From contig CALXUN010000005.1 in assembly GCA_944391705.1 (NCBI GenBank), positions 19,873 to 83,872 on the forward strand: a stretch of 64,000 nucleotides of DNA. Direction: 5' to 3'. The stretch's first letter is position 1; each line of letters starts with the position of its first letter. The position numbers and the translations under genes were made by a program. Of the stretch, positions 60,707 to 64,000 are shown piece after piece. The notes under the pieces were generated by a model. That model worked only from the letters and a program-made list of their open reading frames with translations. It was not told the DNA's origin and made no database searches. Origin of the DNA: an uncultured Alphaproteobacteria bacterium (GTDB lineage: Bacteria; Pseudomonadota; Alphaproteobacteria; RF32; CAG-239).

Positions 60707-61141
60707 TGTGCTTTTATCCTTTTCTTGGTTATAAATTCTGCGGCCATCCTATCAGCGCTTTTTAAGGGAGCTACCCGTTACAAGCGTCAAACCCCGCCGG
60801 CAGAAGGTTAAATAAAAAAACGTTTTTTCATCTGTTTTGCGATATAAACTTTCAGCCTTTATGCAAAACACAACCGAATCGTCCGAACCCCCAGGCTTTG
60901 CACCAAACTCGGACAAACTCAACCAAATAATTGACATTTAAACTGCCTGTTTTTTACATTATTTCGGTTTTAAATGCAAGCAGAATCTGTTAAGAAAAAA
61001 ACAAAGACAAACCTTACATTTTAACAAAATTATTTTTTTTAAAAGACAACCCTGACGGAGCCTGTCAAAACAGCACTCCTTTTACTTTTTAATCAATCCC
61101 TTTATAAGGGCAACGACAGCATACCGACATCCATCCTGACC

Positions 61142-61261
61142 CGTCATGCCTTAAGAACGAGCGTAAGCGAGTGAGTACCAGGCATCCATACATCAAATAA
61201 TATGCCTTGTTTTTGTGGACCCCTAATATTCGACAGGCAAAGCCTGTCTCATAGGGGTGAC
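61142..61261 (+). repeat. Structured repeats (module B followed by module A)
   Basis: Module B lies at 61142-61190. Module A at 61201-61261 has the inner stem GACAGGC-aaa-GCCTGTC. Confidence 0.75.
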
Positions 61262-61319
61262 AGTGAAAAGGAAACTATGCACGTCGGAGAGGTAACAACG
61301 GCTATGGAGCAATCCCCGC

Positions 61320-61367
61320 GGAGAATCTTTAAAGTTGCAAAAAAAAAAAACGGTTTAGAATGACGCG
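61320..61367 (+). promoter_or_regulatory. Second copy of the 48-nt pilin promoter block
   Basis: This block is identical to 9026..9073. TTGCAA is at 61335-61340, A12 is at 61339-61350, and TAGAAT is at 61356-61361. Confidence 0.55.
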
Positions 61368-61415
61368 CAAATCGTATTTGTTTTCTTTTCTTTGTAACTT
61401 GGGAGGGGTTTTTAT

Positions 61416-62069
61416 ATGTTTTACAATCAGTCCGGGCGTTCTATGGTTGAAATGCTGGGGGTGCTCGCCATTATCGGCGTTTTATCGGTCGGTGCCATCA
61501 GCGGTTATTCCAAGGCCATGATGAAGTATAAACTCAATCAATTTTCCGAATCTCTTAATCAGTTGTTGAACAATATTACTCAACTGCTATCATCCCTGGA
61601 TCATACTGGCGGAAATATCAATGTATCTCTATTAGACAAGCTATCTCTTATTCCAGATGGTTTTTCCATTGAAAACACTGCATTACTTGATATATTTCAC
61701 AATACTGTTACATTCGGCTCTTTTCCACATAACAGTTTGGGACGCGAAACTTATCTTTTCTTCTCTCTTGAGCGTACAGGCAATAAAGTCGGCAATGCAG
61801 CCATAACCTGGTGTCTTAATATTATCAACGCAGCCAAAGAACATCATGGTGATTTGTTTGCCCTGCAAGTCAGACAATATGGCGAAACAGGAAGCGCTCA
61901 GGATTATACGGCAACTTCTTTATACGGCGATCCATACTGCGGAAAATTCAGGCAATGTCTAAATACGGTTTCATTAGATAAGCTTTATACATTTTGCAGC
62001 CAATGCGAGTCTTCAACCGGTTGTCTTCTCGGAATTTTTTGGGCTCAGAAAAATCCCTATAGCTTATAA
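61416..62069 (+). CDS. Type IV pilin-like protein
   Basis: GGGAGGGG-N7-ATG. The leader MFYNQSG is followed by RSMVEMLGVLAIIGVLSVGAISGYSKAM. The C-terminal motifs (QCLNTVSLDKLYTFCSQC) are shared with 9117..9833. Confidence 0.78.
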   Translation: MFYNQSGRSMVEMLGVLAIIGVLSVGAISGYSKAMMKYKLNQFSESLNQLLNNITQLLSSLDHTGGNINVSLLDKLSLIPDGFSIENTALLDIFHNTVTFGSFPHNSLGRETYLFFSLERTGNKVGNAAITWCLNIINAAKEHHGDLFALQVRQYGETGSAQDYTATSLYGDPYCGKFRQCLNTVSLDKLYTFCSQCESSTGCLLGIFWAQKNPYSL

Positions 62070-62119
62070 AACATTCAAACTTATCGAAAGATATGCCTTG
62101 TTTTATTTTTGTAAGATAT

Positions 62120-64000
62120 TTATCGGGCTTCTCTTCCATTTTTAGCCGGGACAGAAGCAGCTTCCCGGGGTGGATTTTTAGCTGCTTTTTCCGCCTCAAG
62201 TGCGGCATCAAAACCCTGCGGGCGGGCAAAATCCAAACCGTTATGTTCTGTTGGAAGCGTTAAAGTTTCAATTCCCTTACGCTTCAGGATAATATTGATT
62301 TCATTGACTGCTCCTTTGACACCCGGGAACAAGTCGCTTGAAAGGACAACACTATCAGCACGTTTCGGACCATTGCGCCTTGATTCCCGGCGATATGCTT
62401 CTAAAATCTCCTTTTTGGCAGTTTCAACCTGTCGCGGCAGCAAAGTCTGGTACAAAAGCATAAAATCTGATGTCCCGAACTCCGTAAACACTTTGTTTTC
62501 GGGAATGGAACTGAGTTTTGCACGCTCCTCCGGTGTTACTTTTAACTGTTCAAACCTTTCATCTTTTAAGAAATCACCAAATGTTTTGTATTGATATTTT
62601 TCATATATATCAAAAACAGTCCTTAAAGTGCGCATGGCGCCAAAGGTTGTGGCGGCACCGGTTTCTTTGTCTTTTCCGCCTCTTTCGATATCTTTTAAGA
62701 CTTCATTATATAAACCGTTTTCTCCGTCATATGCACTACGGAAATTATCAAAATCAAAATCAGCTTTTAAGTTATTGATATAATCAAATTCAGATCCCGG
62801 CAGGCCCAATTTGCGATCATTTTTGTCTTTGCATTTTTTCGCGGCATTTTCCAGCATTTGATCAGCCAGATTCCGCTTAAAAGTCATAAATTCTTCCGAA
62901 CTTAGTTTTTTGCGGGCGGCTTCCACCATTGCTTTGGCCTTGGCCATATTAATGCCGATGCCAATCGGAACCAGTCCTTTTTCGGCACATGCCATCATCC
63001 ACACACCTTTATCCAGACTGGATAAATCAGAGAAATTAACATGGGTAACACCTGTTTTTTTAACAATACCAAGATAGTCGCCGGCCATAACATCATCTAG
63101 TTTTTTACCGCCCGGCGTGGCGTAACCAAATACAAAACGACCGCTTTTGGGATCTTGTGAAATATACAGACGATACGCATATGTCGGCACATAAACACCG
63201 TTTTTATCTTTTAAGCCGTCTTTCTTTTCATTGTCCTTGCTTGGCTTGTCATAAAGACTGAAAACATAAGTTGATAAACCGTCTATTCTTCTTAAATGTT
63301 CAAAATAGCTCAACCCCCTGGTTTTATGCATGTCTTTTTCAAGCATATCAATTAAATCATCTCGAATACTACCCAGCGTTTTTGCTTTTTTATCCGCGGT
63401 TTTGTTTTCTTTTTTCTTTTGTTCCGCCGTCTTTTGAGGCGTCTGAATATCCAAATCGGCAATTGGTGCCTCTACGGCCTTAACATCCAGCAGATTAAAG
63501 TCACGTTCACTAACAGCTTCTACTTCCGGCGAATTTTGTTGTCCGGCTTCCTTGCGGCGCTCTTCCATAAACTGTCTGGTCAGGGTTGCAAGCTTTTCAT
63601 CAACATCTATCACACCGTCCTTCATCGGTAAATCAATATCATAAACCGACAAACCCCGGCGCTCGCAAAATTCCAGAATTTGTCTTAAACGTCCGGCATT
63701 TAAATCTTCAAGTGCTTTTTGCGAAAAATTAATCCGTGCTTTAAGCTGGCGATTGTCTTCCCCGGCTTTGTCATACGGTTCCAAAGATAAACCAAAACTT
63801 CCGGCTCCGTCAATTGCACACACGAGTTCCAACCGCTCATCCTTGGGCAACACATCATGCGCTTCCGTTACGATTTCCGATTTATCATTTAAAGTTTCTC
63901 TGAACTCAAGAGATACGCCCTCTTCACCAACCCGGTTTCTCATGGCATAAAGCGCCGGAAACTCATCCGGATATTTCTCCAAAAGTTCCCGATTATAACG
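62120..64000 (-). CDS. Large hypothetical protein (the frame stays open to the window edge, so the 5' end may lie outside)
   Basis: The ORF is 620 aa or longer, and the annotated start is TTG at 63982. The upstream codons remain sense to position 64000. I recognised no motif. The protein is charged and helical-looking. Confidence 0.5.
   Translation of the reverse strand, partial: RYNRELLEKYPDEFPALYAMRNRVGEEGVSLEFRETLNDKSEIVTEAHDVLPKDERLELVCAIDGAGSFGLSLEPYDKAGEDNRQLKARINFSQKALEDLNAGRLRQILEFCERRGLSVYDIDLPMKDGVIDVDEKLATLTRQFMEERRKEAGQQNSPEVEAVSERDFNLLDVKAVEAPIADLDIQTPQKTAEQKKKENKTADKKAKTLGSIRDDLIDMLEKDMHKTRGLSYFEHLRRIDGLSTYVFSLYDKPSKDNEKKDGLKDKNGVYVPTYAYRLYISQDPKSGRFVFGYATPGGKKLDDVMAGDYLGIVKKTGVTHVNFSDLSSLDKGVWMMACAEKGLVPIGIGINMAKAKAMVEAARKKLSSEEFMTFKRNLADQMLENAAKKCKDKNDRKLGLPGSEFDYINNLKADFDFDNFRSAYDGENGLYNEVLKDIERGGKDKETGAATTFGAMRTLRTVFDIYEKYQYKTFGDFLKDERFEQLKVTPEERAKLSSIPENKVFTEFGTSDFMLLYQTLLPRQVETAKKEILEAYRRESRRNGPKRADSVVLSSDLFPGVKGAVNEINIILKRKGIETLTLPTEHNGLDFARPQGFDAALEAEKAAKNPPREAASVPAKNGREAR

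Overview
This is an AT-rich (by eye) 64-kb chromosomal segment. The housekeeping backbone and its synteny look alphaproteobacterial, which is an inference. Backbone genes are the clpB 3' end, a 4-gene Mla/MCE lipid-transport operon, alr, recG, gap-pgk, mlaC-like, gltX-cysS, fabD-fabG, ftsK, zapA followed by a 6S-like RNA, efp-suhB, rpmE, a DUF1013/TrcR-like gene, scoAB, ybaK-like, rplM-rpsI, mraZ-rsmH-ftsL-ftsI, pal-cpoB-tilS and rpoB-rpoC. There are two tRNAs, Ala-CGC and Leu-CAA. I saw no rRNA, CRISPR array, transposase or integrase. The accessory content sits between backbone blocks. (1) The standout is a gene encoding a Sec signal peptide, a domain about 74% identical to eukaryotic ubiquitin by hand alignment, and an autotransporter beta-domain. 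It lies 3 nt downstream of a TPR-methyltransferase gene and is interrupted at an A8 tract. (2) Three dispersed type IV pilin-like paralogs share the N-terminus G|RSMVEMLGVLAIIGVLSVG. Two of them sit behind an identical 48-nt promoter block with an A12 tract in the -35/-10 spacer. (3) A polyprenyl-P GT2 / GT-C / methyltransferase glycosylation locus has the methyltransferase split at a G9 tract and the GT-C gene split by one in-frame TGA. (4) Two families of structured intergenic repeats show compensatory stem changes and cluster next to the pilin-like and Cys-rich genes. (5) A serum-amyloid-A-like protein gene lies beside tRNA-Ala. (6) There is a zeta-toxin / small-antitoxin pair. All functional calls come from motif recognition by eye, and no database search was possible.
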